This document shows, piece after piece, positions 1 through 11,530 of a DNA stretch of 64,000 bases. The stretch spans positions 3,356,497-3,420,496 of the forward strand of contig NW_027103286.1 of the NCBI RefSeq assembly GCF_902728285.1, given 5' to 3'. Origin of the DNA: Clytia hemisphaerica (Eukaryota). Each line of letters begins with the position of its first letter. Position 1 is the stretch's first letter. The notes under the pieces were generated by a model, which did no database searches, was not told the origin of the DNA, and saw only the letters and a program-made list of their open reading frames with translations. The position numbers and the translations under genes are program-made.

Positions 1-404
1 AAGTAGTTTTCAACATCAAAATTTAATGTTCTTTTGTTCTTCCAATTTGAGAATTTCACTTTGATTTGCTTAATTCATCAACCTCGACTTGTTTATACCT
101 GACTCGATTTTTACATGTGCAGCAGTGTTGCTTACCTCAAAAAATGTACAAGCTTAATAAACGCTTAAAGAATTTTCAATCAAATGCCTTGAAGACTTTC
201 AAAAAACGAACGTTTCCAAATTCATCTTTTACAATTAGAAATAAGACTTGGTTATTTTCTTTAATAAGAATTGTTGCTATCTCGCATATGTTTCCTGTTA
301 CTGATAAAATTACCTATATATAAAATCTTTCACATGGTGATGGTGTTATTGTCAACAATGTACTCAGTTTTTATGATTTATGAATAATTAGACTAAGAAG
401 CTCA

Positions 405-790
405 GTGCTTTAATAGATAACCAGAAAATCATTTACCACTTGGAACTTATTCTTTAGGTAGTGCTGGAGGTGTTGAATTTGACCCATGTGTTTCAATTTT
501 AGTAACACTCATTGGTAAAATTCCGGTGTTTTCGGGTGTTTCCGAAAGGGAAAATGACTTTAATGCTTTTATAGATAACTAGAAAATTATTTACCACTGG
601 AAACTTATTCTGTGGTGACACTCACTTTCTGTAAGGTGTCAATCACGTCCTGTCGTGTACTCAATTTCTGTAGTGTCACTCACTTTCTGTAGTGTCACTC
701 ACTTTCTGTAGTGTCACTCACTTTCTGTAGTGTCACTCACTTTTGGCATTGCTGGAGGTGTTAAAAATGTGCCAGCTCTGTCACTATCTC
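405..790. mobile_element. Partial MITE; same family as the element at 56872-57290. Has subterminal 20-bp tandem repeats (gtgtcactcactttctgta, x5 at ~655-745) and the terminal sequence gtgccagctctgtca.
   Basis: Direct comparison with 56872-57290: shared internal sequence (cttattctttaggtagtgctggaggtgttgaatttgacccatgtg...ggtgtttccga.agggaa.atgactttaatgcttttatagataac.agaaaat) and the same 20-mer repeat. The left end appears truncated. Confidence 0.6.
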
Positions 791-1089
791 ACTACTTATA
801 CATCGTTGGAACGGAAATTTTATGCTGATTATGGAAACCCGGGTCTTAAAAAGTCCATCCTGGACAAAATTGCAAACGAGGCTGGAGTTCGCACTCCGTC
901 GTGGTGTTTTTTCGATTTTACCTGTTTTAGAAAATTGCTTACTGTCGGCAAAGTTAAAGGTTTTAGAATTTCATTTTTTATGCAAAATGCTGTCAATAGA
1001 ATGTGTTAATAGAAAAAAATTCAAAAATGTCGAAAAAAAATTTTTTTGCACTCCATCTTGGAGGATTTTGGCAAAAAATCGATGTTTTT

Positions 1090-2155
1090 TCTTAAAATTC
1101 GTCAAAAACTAGTCATTATGAAATTATGTAAGAATAAGTCCAAAAATACTTTCCTGCTAAAAATACTATAAAAGAATAAGAAAGTATAACAAAATAAGGA
1201 AAAATCGGCTCAAAACGCTATTTTGCACTCCATCGTTGGTGTTTTTAATGAAAAAACGTGATTTTTGGTGTTTTTAAAAAAAATATAACATTTTCTAGCT
1301 TTTCTAGCTTTTTCTTTGATCTACGACTGGAAATCCTTTCTTTCTCTTAGAATCATTTTTATCAAACACAAAATGCTAAAATATTCTGAAAAATGACCCT
1401 CCTTCGCTGGGGTTTGAAGTCAAACTCAGTATTTTGTAAGCCAAAATTCAGTATTTTTACTTAAAATTCGTCAAAAACTAGTCCATAAACCACTGAAATT
1501 GTGTCAAAGTAAGTCCAAAAATACTATAAAAGAATAAGAAATAATAACAAAATAAAGAACAATCGGCTCAAAACGCTATTTTGCACTCCCCCGTTGGTGT
1601 TTTTATTGAAAAAACGAGATTTTTCGTGTTTTTAAAAGAAGATATAGCATTTTCTGGCTTTCCCTTTGATCTACCACTGGAAATCCTATCTTTCTCTTAG
1701 AATCATTTTTATCCAACACAAAATGCTAAAATATTCCGAAAAATGACCCTCCGTCGCTGGGGTTTTAAGTCAAATTCGGTATTTTGTAAGCCAAAATTCA
1801 GTATTTTTACTTAAAATTCGTCAAAAACTAGTCTATAAACCACTGAAATTGTCTCAAAATAAGTCCAAAAATATTTCCCTGTTAAATGTTTATAAACGAA
1901 TGAAGTATAGGAAATATAAAAGATGGCTCCAAATGCTATTTTGCACTCCTCTGTTGGCGTTTTCTTTGAAAAACGGGATTTTTGGTGTTTTTGAAGAAAA
2001 TATAACATTATTTAGACTTATTTACGAAGCTGGAAATCCTATGTTTTCCGCTAGAATTTTTTTTCCAACACATATGCAAAAAAATATGAAAAATCACCCT
2101 CCTTCGCTAGGTGTTAGGCCAAAGTTTAGTATCTTTGCTTAAATTTCATTAAGAA
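1090..2155. repeat. Tandem array of ~365-bp subrepeats (3 units), left arm of the foldback element.
   Basis: The blocks 'ttaaaattcgtcaaaaactagtc.ataaaccactgaaattgt.tcaaa.taagtccaaaaatact...ggctcaaaacgctattttgcactcc' recur at ~1100, ~1470 and ~1830. Confidence 0.75.
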
Positions 2156-3559
2156 CTAGTTATTATCCATTGAAATCAAGCTTAAGTGAGCTTTTTAAAG
2201 TCACAGAGGTTCAAAATGTTCCAACTTGGACCGGCTGCCGGAAAATTTTGCCACTGAAACTGTCTCCTCCAACAATCATCGGGAATGGTCGTTCACTCCC
2301 TGCATCACTGACTGATGCTGATGAAGTCTACAATATCTTGATCAATGTGGGGAAGATCCTACGTAATCTAGGACAACAAGATCAACGTGTTACCGTTGAC
2401 CCCCCCCCCTACTACAAAAGTACAAAAGAGTACCCAAATGGAACAATGCGAATGCGAATTTCAGGGTTTTCGGTGACACGGTATCGGGCTTTTTCTGTTC
2501 GGTATTTCGGTATTTTGTAAAATATGTACGGTATTTATATTCAAAATGCTGCTAGTGATGGTAATATACCCATAAAACTTCAGCATTTCGGTATTTTACC
2601 TATGGAATCTAGGTATTATTTCCGTAACTCTTCCTGAACTATATTCTTCATGAAGAATTTTCCAAAAATTACCTGCGGCGCTAAACTATCTTCAAATTTA
2701 GAAATTTACTAAGTACACCCCTGTTTCAAATACGTTTGGCACTTGTATACTTATCCAACCGTCATAGTCCTTAAACAAGTGAAAGCTTTGTTGTTTTGCT
2801 AAGTTTTTGTACTAACTTTAACGAATGTGATGGCACAGGAAAAAATCTTCAAATCCCAGGCCTGGAACATGGCCATTTTCGGGGTGGGAAATGTCCGTTT
2901 TCGGGGTTGGGATTTGCCCTGGAAAAGTGAAACAACTACAGGCCTGGTAAATGACCATTTCCCAGGCCTGGGATTTCCAAATTTCGGGGTGTATAATGAT
3001 GATTTTCCAGGCCTCATTTCCCCAATGAACTTAACTGAGAACTAAGTCAAAGATATCCATAAAAAGTAGCGTTTGAGGTACTTAGTTTTCATAAAAATAT
3101 CAGTCCAAAACATGGTGTAAAAATCGAAATTTTCTCCTGTCCCTGAAAACCACGGTTGCGACTCCTCCGTCACGAAAACCTCAGTTCCTCGATACTAATT
3201 GTACGTCGAAATTAAGTCATTCTTTTACCATATGCTGTGATCGGAAAATGTAAACTAAAACTACTACTACTACGTTTGAGTTACGACATTACGTCATTCA
3301 GATCCCACATTCATTCGCTTTGAAAGTCTCAGCAGGTAGTTATTAATGCTCAAAACTTATTTCAACAATATTTGTGCAGCTTAAACGCCTTATTTCCTCC
3401 ATTAAGCGCCACCATACCACCCCCTTGTAAGCGCTGTAACTAAGGTTTAAGTTTCAAAATAAGCGCCGCACCTCCCAATGCGGCTGGAAAGTGAAGAATC
3501 TTCAATAGCAATTTCGTCCTAAAATGTAAAAACCCAGGCGAAGGAGAGCAATTTTTCAT

Positions 3560-4560
3560 ATTTTTTTGCATATGTGTTGGAAAAAAAATTCTAGGAGAAA
3601 ACACAGGATTTCCAGTCGTAAATCAAAGGAAAACCTAAATAATGTTATATTTTCTTTAAAAACACCAAAAATCTCGTTTTTCAATGAAAACGCCAACGGA
3701 GGAGTGCAAAATAGCGTTTTGAGCCCACTTTTCTATTTTCTATACTTCATTCTTTTAAAAACATTTAGCAGGGAAATATTTTTGGACTTACTTTGACACA
3801 ATTTCAGTGGTTTATAGACTAGTTTTTGACGAATTTTAATTAAAGATACTGAATTTTGGCTTACAAAATACCGAATTTGACTTAAAACCCCAGCGACGGA
3901 GGGTCATTTTTCGGAATATTTTAGCATTTTGTGTTGGATAAAAATGATTTTAAGAGAAAGATAGGATTTCCAGTCGTAGATCAAAGGAAAAGCTACAAAT
4001 TGTTATATCATTTTCTTCAAAAACACCAAAAATCTTGTTTATCTAAAAACACCAACGGAGGAGTGCAAAATAGCGTTTTGAGCCCACTTTTCTATTTCCT
4101 ATACTTCATTCTTCGAAAAACATTTAGCAGGGAAATATTTTTGGACTTACTTTGACACAATTTCAGTGGTTTATAGACTAGTTTTTGACGAATTTTAAGT
4201 AAAGATACTGAATTTTGGCTTAAAATTACTGAATTTTGACTTAAAACCCCAGTGAAGGAGGGTCATTTTTCAGAATATTTTAGCATTTTGTGTTGGATAA
4301 AAATGATTCTAAGAGAAAGATAGAATTTCCAGTCGTAGATCAAAGGAAAAGCTAGAAAATATTATATTTTTTTCAAAAACGCCAAAAATCACGTTTTTTC
4401 ATTAAAAACACCAATGGGGGAGTGCAAAATAGCGTTTTGAGCCGATTTTTCTTTAATTTGTTATATTTTCTTATTCTTTTATAGTATTTTTAGCAGGAAA
4501 GTATTTTTGGACTTATTTTGACATAATTTCAGTGGTTTATAGACTAGTCTTTGACGAATT
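3560..4560. repeat. Tandem array of the same ~365-bp subrepeats in inverted orientation (right arm of the foldback element).
   Basis: Reverse-complement copies of the left-arm unit at ~3600-3850, 3900-4200 and 4200-4560. Confidence 0.75.
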
Positions 4561-5035
4561 TTAAGAAAAAACATCGATTTTTCGCCAAAATCCTCCGAGA
4601 TGGAGTGCAAAAAAATTTTTTTTCGAGATTTTTGAATTTCTTTCTATTACCCTATTCTATTGACAGCATTTTGCACAAAAAATGAAATTCTAAAACCCTT
4701 TACTATGCTGAGAGTAAGCATTTTTCTAAAACAGGTAAACTCGAAAAAACACCCCGACGGAGTGCAAACTCCAGCCTCGTTTGCAATTTTGTCCAGGATA
4801 GACTTTTTAAGACCCGGGTTTCCATAATCAGCATAAAATTTCCGTTCCAACGATGTATAACAACCCCATTCACCTTCTGGGTTAAGCAAAATTGCTATTT
4901 TGTGATTCTGCTCCCAGACTATAAAGTAGTACAATGTGTACTTAGCTCGAGGCTAATCAATATCAACTATTAATTACAAATCTATCTAGAAGGTTGATAC
5001 TCAAGATCAACTATTATTTACAAAGTAATTTAAAT

Positions 5036-7453
5036 TCAATCAATGAAACCAACGCCATGGATAAAAGTGCGACAGTTTCGGCAAGGACAAGTAGTGGGCC
5101 TCCATTGCTTGATTTCTTTTTTAAATTCATCTAGGTTTTTAAGTTTTTTAAAGTCATCGGGAAGGGTAGCCCAGATTTTAGGTCCCAGGAAAGCTAAAGA
5201 CGATTTTCCATTCATTTCACTTTCAACTACTCTACTACGAAAGGAATTCATTTTTCTCGTTTTGATCTTACATTGGTTTTTGAGAAATATTTTACTTTCT
5301 GATTCATTGAGTTTTGATTTAAATAGCTCTGTGGATAAGGATTGAATTGCTCGTTGATGGAAGGTGGAACTGTTGTCAAGTTTCAACAGATCATCGAATG
5401 ATGAGTTGTAGTCTGAGTAAACGATTCTCAAGCATCTTTTATGTAGATTGTTTATTTTATCCTCTAGAGCTCTGCTATGAAACATCCATATGAGAGGACA
5501 GTAATTGAAGTGGCATTTAATGAAAGCATTCATCAAGCGTTTCTTTTTTTCTAAAGTGAGATATGTGCTCATTCTGGCTAAGGCGGTTATTTTCAAACTA
5601 GCTTTCTTGCAAAGATTTTCTATATGCGATTCAAACGTCAAAAGATTATCGAAGGTTACTCCAAGAATCTTTGACGTTTTGGTATTGAAAACAGTTTCTT
5701 CTCTAATATTTAGATAGAGCGAGTCGTCAATGATGTTAACTATTAGCTGACATTTGTCAGCATTACCAACCATTTGATTAATCGAAAGCCATGTGAAGAT
5801 TTTTTCTGCTCCAGAGCTTAGTTTACCACTTACTTCAATCCAGGTAGGAGCACCAACATAGGGTGTCGTATCGTCCGCATAATTCGCAACCTTAGTATCC
5901 TCAATGATGAAAAAGAGGTCACAGATATAAATATTGAAAAACAGAGGGCCAAGGATTGATCCCTGGGGAACACCATCCTTGATCTTGATCCAGTTACTCA
6001 GTTCGTTGCCTACTTTTGTCCTTTGTTGCCTATTTTCTAGATAACTCTTGACTAACCCAGTGGAAAGGTCATCGAACCCGTATGCACTGATCTTTGCTAC
6101 AAGTAATCTGTGGCACATGCAGTCAAAGGCCTTAGAAAGGTCGATGAGCAGTGCCCCAAAAACATCTTTTTTGTCATTGGCTAGCTTCCAGAGCTCTTCC
6201 ATTGGGAGAAGAGAGGTTTGAGTGGAATATCCTTTCCTGAAACCACATTGTTGTTCATCAAAGTAGTGCTCAAAGTATTCTGATATTTGATTGTGATATA
6301 CTCTTTCGTAAATTTTGGATATTACCGGCAGTATACTTATTGGTCTATAGTTACTTTTATCGTTTTTAGAATTTTTCTTGTAGACTGGGGTGACTGTCGC
6401 GAACTTGGAAATGTTGGGAAAAAAGCCTGAGCTGAAGGAGTCATTTATGCTTATAGAGAAGCAGCTTGCAAATAAGTGAGAGTATTTTTTAATTATTTTC
6501 GCTGGTATATCATTTTCCGCTTGAGACTTATTTGTCTTAAGGTTACTAATTATCTTCTCTACTTCGTCTTCGGTGGTGTTTCTAAACTTGAAGGAGTTTT
6601 CATTGTTTGATACCTTTTCTTTTATTTTGAGTATACTAGGGTGGTTTCTAAAAAGCATTATTTCATTTTGAAGAATATTATCAGAAAGTTCATTGAGAGG
6701 CACTGGTTCTGTTGGTGGTTGATTGAGATCTAATTTTTCAGTGATATTTATGAAGAATTCATTAGACATTTTTGCAATTTCTTTATCATCTTTAATCAGT
6801 TCATCATTTTCGACTAAGGTTATTTTCTCACTTATTGGTCCTTTATTAGAGAAAAAAGGGCGCACAGTTTTCCAAAATCTTTTATTGTCAGTGATTTGCT
6901 TTTCATCCAGAGATTCATAAAATCTTCTTTTAGTGTTTCTCAGAAGATATAAGCATCGGTTTCGCTGTTGGTTGTAATTATATTTGTTGATGTTAGAGGG
7001 GTCTTTTCGTTTAATGTTATTAAGTCGAGATCGATGCATCATGGCCTTTCGTAGTGATTTTGTCATGAAAGGTTTATCATTACCTCTTAGTATTTTAGTT
7101 TTTATCGGTGCTTCAGCGTTTAGAAGATTTACTACACTTTTCATTTTATGTTCAAAGTTGCGATTCGACTCTAGTACTTGTGTTAAATGATTTTTGAAAA
7201 GATCTTCGTTAAGATTTTTGTAGCATCTATATTTAATGGCTTTAGGTGGACACTTTTCAAAAGTGGTTTTTAAGACGCTTATTGTGATGTTGTGAAAGTC
7301 CGATAGGCTATTAGATACAGAGGAAGAGCCCTGAAAAATTCTTTGGTAATTTGTTAGCATCAGATCAATGCATTTCGGATTTTCTGCGTTTTTGAAGCAC
7401 GTAGGTTCATTTATCAAGCTAGAAAGCTCCCTGCTAGCAAGAAACTCAGGCAT
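5036..7453 (-). CDS. LINE ORF2 reverse-transcriptase domain ORF (805 aa).
   Basis: ORF track plus RT motifs (FxDD/YADD box, QG box). Confidence 0.85.
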   Translation of the reverse strand: MPEFLASRELSSLINEPTCFKNAENPKCIDLMLTNYQRIFQGSSSVSNSLSDFHNITISVLKTTFEKCPPKAIKYRCYKNLNEDLFKNHLTQVLESNRNFEHKMKSVVNLLNAEAPIKTKILRGNDKPFMTKSLRKAMMHRSRLNNIKRKDPSNINKYNYNQQRNRCLYLLRNTKRRFYESLDEKQITDNKRFWKTVRPFFSNKGPISEKITLVENDELIKDDKEIAKMSNEFFINITEKLDLNQPPTEPVPLNELSDNILQNEIMLFRNHPSILKIKEKVSNNENSFKFRNTTEDEVEKIISNLKTNKSQAENDIPAKIIKKYSHLFASCFSISINDSFSSGFFPNISKFATVTPVYKKNSKNDKSNYRPISILPVISKIYERVYHNQISEYFEHYFDEQQCGFRKGYSTQTSLLPMEELWKLANDKKDVFGALLIDLSKAFDCMCHRLLVAKISAYGFDDLSTGLVKSYLENRQQRTKVGNELSNWIKIKDGVPQGSILGPLFFNIYICDLFFIIEDTKVANYADDTTPYVGAPTWIEVSGKLSSGAEKIFTWLSINQMVGNADKCQLIVNIIDDSLYLNIREETVFNTKTSKILGVTFDNLLTFESHIENLCKKASLKITALARMSTYLTLEKKKRLMNAFIKCHFNYCPLIWMFHSRALEDKINNLHKRCLRIVYSDYNSSFDDLLKLDNSSTFHQRAIQSLSTELFKSKLNESESKIFLKNQCKIKTRKMNSFRSRVVESEMNGKSSLAFLGPKIWATLPDDFKKLKNLDEFKKEIKQWRPTTCPCRNCRTFIHGVGFID

Positions 7454-8107
7454 TTTATGTTTGTCGATTTCACAATTGAAATCTCCCAGTAGTAAAAGGC
7501 GGTCATGATCTCCTATAGAATCAAGGCTATTTTGTAAAAGCTCTAAATGTGAATTTATATTGTCTACATGTGGATTATAAGAGCAACCCAGTAGCCATTT
7601 TTGCTTCTTCAGATTGACCTCGATGAATATAGCTTCATAATTCTTGTCTTTTAATACGAGTTTAGAAGGAATGATTGCCGTTTGAAACTTTTCAGATCCC
7701 CCTTGAAAATCGAATTAGAGAGCATCAACTGTACTTCTTTATGGCTCAAAGGCTGTCTCGCTCACTGGAAGAAAATGTGTAAGGTGCAAACCTTGGTAGC
7801 TGAATTTCAGTGTCTTTGTTTTGATTGCGCGTTCGATCTTTGTAGCGATTTTGTAAAGATGATTGATGTTTTCATTCAGCATTGGAACGATACTTAAAAG
7901 CAGGTTCACGTGATCGCCACTTGTGATGAACTGAAAAAAAGTGAAAATTAAAGCGAGATAAATATTTAGTTGCATTACTTGAAAAACTTCCTTAGAGCAA
8001 TCTGATATGAGTCTCGGGCACTTAAAGATTCCTATCTGAAAAGTTTCAAACGGCAATCTTGTACCCAGAGCCACTTGAACCACGTTTTCAATTTTACTGA
8101 TGGACAT
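5036..8107 (-). mobile_element. Non-LTR retrotransposon (CR1/Jockey/L2-like LINE). Carries an APE-type endonuclease remnant at 7454-8107 and a reverse transcriptase at 5036-7453; frameshifts between EN and RT indicate decay.
   Basis: RT motifs in the 805-aa ORF: FRKGYSTQTSLL, LLIDLSKAFDCMCH, ANYADDTTPYV, VPQGSILGPLFFNIYI. Upstream, in another frame: HDRLLLLGDFNCEIDK (the EN 'GDFN' motif); ORF 7739..8107 lies in the EN N-terminal region. Confidence 0.85.
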
Positions 8108-9059
8108 GATACCATTTTTTTATTCGTGAGTGCTATCAGAATCATAAAGAAGTGAACTAAAGAGACTGGGTTCAAGTTTGTTCAAACGGCTACAAAATAT
8201 GATCAGTAGTCTAGCTGAAAAACTGTACAATTTCAAATAAAAAATTCATACGTAAGTTAAGGGTCCCATTTTTGCATTAATTTTGGTCGCTATAAAAGTC
8301 TAAGTGTACATTGGTTTGATGGGAAAAGGTAAAAAAATAAGGATCGTCCGTTCTTTTACGACAGATACTTGATGGTAGAATTTGAAAGTTCTGCAAAGAA
8401 TAATAAAACATAACAAGGTACAAACCTCCATCATAAATCTTCCTTCTTCTCTTCGTTCCGTGAACTCTTGCAATGCTTTCAAAATGGTAGCTTTCAAATG
8501 TGAGATGGTGGATATCTTTTGGAAGGGGATTCCCAAGACGAATAGTTGTACGGTGTACAATTTACCGTTCACTTTCAAACAATCCCTGATGACGAAAAAA
8601 GATACAGAAGGCTCAAATATGGAATTAATCTGAATCGCAGACCTCTATAGATATATACTTCCTATAAGAAACTCTTTTCGCTAGAGGATGAGCAGAATCT
8701 TATATGCCTAGGTTAAACTAAGGGCAATTCGATAACTGATATTTTACACCCTTATCTCACACACCTTGGTAGAAATTTTCCTGTATAGTAATAATAGGGA
8801 ATTACTATGTTTTTTTGCAAATAGTGATCACCAATTTCAACATGTCTTATTTCCACACGGGATCATTTCCAAACGCGTCTGTCAAAATACCTCATTGGCC
8901 CATATTCGTCGCTGGCGTAAAAAGGGCCAATGGATAGGAATTAAATAAGGGTCAAGCTAAAAATGGGAGAATCAAGCTTTGGCGTAATAAAGACCGGCGT
9001 AAAAGGAGCTGGCGTAAAAATGGCCGATAGCATGGACGCTTGTTTAAAAAGTCAACGTA

Positions 9060-9810
9060 ATTATGTAAATCCTAGTCTCCTTCGTTTTCACAACTGGACG
9101 AAATAAGGGATTTCCAATCTTTACTTTCTTGTAAATATGGAAATATGACTTTTCTATATTTCCAATTCTGAAATTGATTGAAACATCATATTTCCAAAAG
9201 TTGGAAATATTTTGAAAATATGATTTTTCAGATTTGGAAATATTAAGCAGTTTCATGTTATTATCCGACGCGCGTAAATAGCGACATTTGATTGGCTTCT
9301 TTGCTGTCCAATATTTTCGAATATATAGCTTCCATGGAGGCTACATATTTCAAAAATTGACGTCACACAACGAGTTCAATGACAATTGAGCATCTTCTTT
9401 TTGACGTTACGTCACAAAATAAAAATAAGACTTTTGAATAAAAAACTACCAAGAAACCAGATTTACGAGCATATAAATTGGAATTATGTTTGAAAACGAG
9501 AAATATTTTAGCGATGAACGGATAATAAACCATTTATTTGGACGCAGTCTCATCCAATATGAAAAATATTGGGCTACGAGAAAAGATATTGGACTCGGCG
9601 AAGCCTCGTCCAATATCTTTTCTCGCACGCCCAATATTTTTGCATATAGGATTCGACTTTGTCCAATAACTGCTTAATATGGTATTTCCACAACTTTGGA
9701 AATATAGAAAAGTCATATTTCCATATTTACAAAAGTATATGGAATTATCATATTTTCAAGATATTTCCAGGATTGGAAATCTCTTATTTCGTCCAGTGCA
9801 CTCTACCTGA
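9060..9810. mobile_element. Palindromic MITE/foldback element with nested inverted repeats (outer arms ~9085-9250 versus 9660-9800; inner palindrome 9530-9660).
   Basis: gacgaaataagggatttccaatctttactttcttgtaaatatggaaatatgacttttctatatttccaa (9095-) versus the reverse complement of 9700-9790. The same peptide NFGNIEKSYFHIYK appears in ORFs on both strands (9044..9256 minus, 9659..10009 plus). Inner palindrome: ccaatatgaaaaatattggg / gagaaaagatattggac. Confidence 0.65.
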
Positions 9811-10858
9811 TAGGATTTTCAAAATCTTCGTCAGTCACTTCGTGTTTGTAATCATAAATCTCCATTTCGAACGATTCCTTCGTATAATTGCCATAGTAAC
9901 CAACTACACGAACAGGTACTTGTTTCTCACGCAGGTTGCCAAGGGAACTGATCTCGGTTACATTCTTCTGTGTGAAATACCATTCGATCTCGTTAAACCC
10001 ATCCTATAAAAAGTCCGGATGAAAAACATAATGTAACCAAAGAAAGTTCACTCAGTAAGTGGCCTGGGAATCAAATAGGGTTGTCCAAGATCATGCAATT
10101 ATTATTGAGTACTATAAGGTCGAGAAGAGAGAGGATTGAGCGAGCAGTCAAATAAACGAGCGGCTATGCGTAATAACAAGAGAAAAATTAATCCAAATAA
10201 GATTTGACGACAGTGACTTAAAAAACTATAACACTTAATACTTGAAATTTGCTCAAGCTTTTCGGTTTTCTTTAGCTGGTCATTTTTAGTCTACACAATA
10301 GACAGATCCAGGCTTTTAGGCCTTACTCTTGGTCTATAGGCGGCCACTAGTGACCCCCACCGGGAATCGCTTATTAATAGGTTTGAACATAATAGACAAA
10401 ATTCACAAAAGATGTTTATCAATAGAGATTTTAAATAAAAGAATGTTTAAAACACAGCTGATTGGCTTAGGGTTCGAAACTCTCTATTGTTTCATTAAAA
10501 CCTCAGTGCGCATGCGATTTATCTGGAGAATTTCAATATTCAAAACAAGAGCAGTGCTCATAGCCCGAAGAGTAGCAGTTTTACGCTCGAAACGAAGGAA
10601 GATATGACGTAGCCTAGTCATTTTGGAATTTGCGAAGGTGAGAAGAAAACATCTTACCTCTCCCAATTGATCACTTCTGTAGATCCATACATCACACGGA
10701 ACGCCGCGCACGAAACGTTCGCCTTCATATTTGAACTTATCTTTAAATTCTTTGAGGTGAAGGAAAGCTTCCCTGGCGTGAACCCAATGATGTTTGTTTT
10801 TGAAGTACGGGAAGCGTGTGGTTGCAAGGTCTTCGATCGTTTTGTTACGACATTTCAT
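9803..10858 (-). CDS. Two-exon gene for a 133-aa hypothetical protein. Exons 10658-10858 and 9803-10003, each 201 nt, are joined in phase 0 across a 654-bp GT-AG intron.
   Basis: ATG at 10858. Donor GAG|gtaagatg at 10658. Acceptor tttttatag|GATGGG at 10003. Stop TAG at 9803-9805. Product: MKCRNKTIEDLATTRFPYFKNKHHWVHAREAFLHLKEFKDKFKYEGERFVRGVPCDVWIYRSDQLGE + DGFNEIEWYFTQKNVTEISSLGNLREKQVPVRVVGYYGNYTKESFEMEIYDYKHEVTDEDFENPIR. No homolog recognised. Confidence 0.5.
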
Positions 10859-10959
10859 GGGTGAGAAAGATTCATATAAAATACCTGTGGAAGTGAGTGG
10901 GAAAATATATAATTGTTATGTTGGGTAAAAGAAAGTTCATCTGACTAGTTAAGCCCATG

Positions 10960-11530
10960 CTGTATGTAAAAGTAAGTTTGTGACCGCAGTCGAGGGCGAC
11001 GGAAGGGCGTCACTCTATTCCCTGGATTTCTCCAATTATCCTTTTACCCCTCTTTTTACTTGCTGAGTATAAAGCAGAGAGGTATGAAGTAGCATTTTGA
11101 AATGTTTGGTATGACCCGGCTAGTATCCGAACCCACAACCTTGGGTACCGTAGCAGGATGCTCTAACTGCATGGCATGGAACAGCGGCACTCCCTGCTAA
11201 CAGGAATGAAATATGATTGTCAATAACCAGGAACCCTAAAACACCCCTGTCTCACTGCCCCGGTCGATCTTCTTTCCTCAGTGGGGGTAAAAATCCATAT
11301 TGAAATCCAAATGAAGATAGAAATTCTATTGTTCCAAGGTTAAAAAATCCAGTGGCGGGGATGGTTATGGAGTGAAATTTTAAACATTGAATTTCAAGTG
11401 GGGATGAAATCAAAGTCAATTTCCCAGTGCAGCTAAAGTTTCAGGATATTTTCCCGACGGGGACGAAATTTTTGACAAATTTCCCAGTGGGGATGGGGTC
11501 CCGGTGGGTCTTTGACACAGGGGTGAACTA
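10960..11530. repeat. SINE-like segment with a tRNA-related box (ggttgtgggttcggatac on the minus strand, ~11120-11140), followed by ~5 copies of a ~40-45-bp minisatellite (..aatttcccagtgggga.g..).
   Basis: B-box-like GGTTCGGAT and TAGAGCA on the minus strand. Tandem units at ~11280, 11340, 11390, 11440 and 11490. No clean tRNA cloverleaf could be folded. Confidence 0.35.

Larger units (their letters stand above)
795..4870. mobile_element. Foldback-like element. Two ~1.35-kb inverted arms (about 795-2155 and 3545-4870), each built from an outer ~220-bp unique segment plus three ~365-bp tandem subrepeats, flank a ~1.4-kb unique centre.
   Basis: 795-1010 is the reverse complement of 4650-4865 (the same 'protein' YTSLERKFYADYGNPGLKKSILDKIANEAGV is reported on opposite strands in ORFs 743..1009 and 4647..4934). 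Tandem units at 1090/1470/1830 (+) are mirrored by units at 3600/3900/4200-4560 (-), e.g. gatgttttttcttaaaattcgtcaaaaactagtc at 1081 versus its reverse complement at ~4540-4575. Confidence 0.7.

Noticed and set aside
2170-2520. ORF of 116 aa in the unique centre of the foldback element
   Set aside because: No start context, no homology, and low-complexity composition with a C10 run nearby. It is most likely a chance ORF in AT-rich DNA.
743-4934. ORFs 743..1009 (+) and 4647..4934 (-), which encode the same peptide
   Set aside because: An identical 'protein' on opposite strands is what an inverted repeat produces. They mark the foldback arms and are not two genes. No homology or splice context supports a coding role.
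8300-8640. ORFs 8300..8578 (-) and 8382..8633 (+) upstream of the LINE
   Set aside because: They overlap on opposite strands in AT-rich sequence without recognisable ORF1 motifs (coiled-coil, RRM or zinc knuckle).
11080-11180. Possible tRNA gene on the minus strand
   Set aside because: B-box-like and A-box-like motifs are present, but I could not fold acceptor or T stems with proper pairing. Treated as a SINE-like relic, not a tRNA gene.
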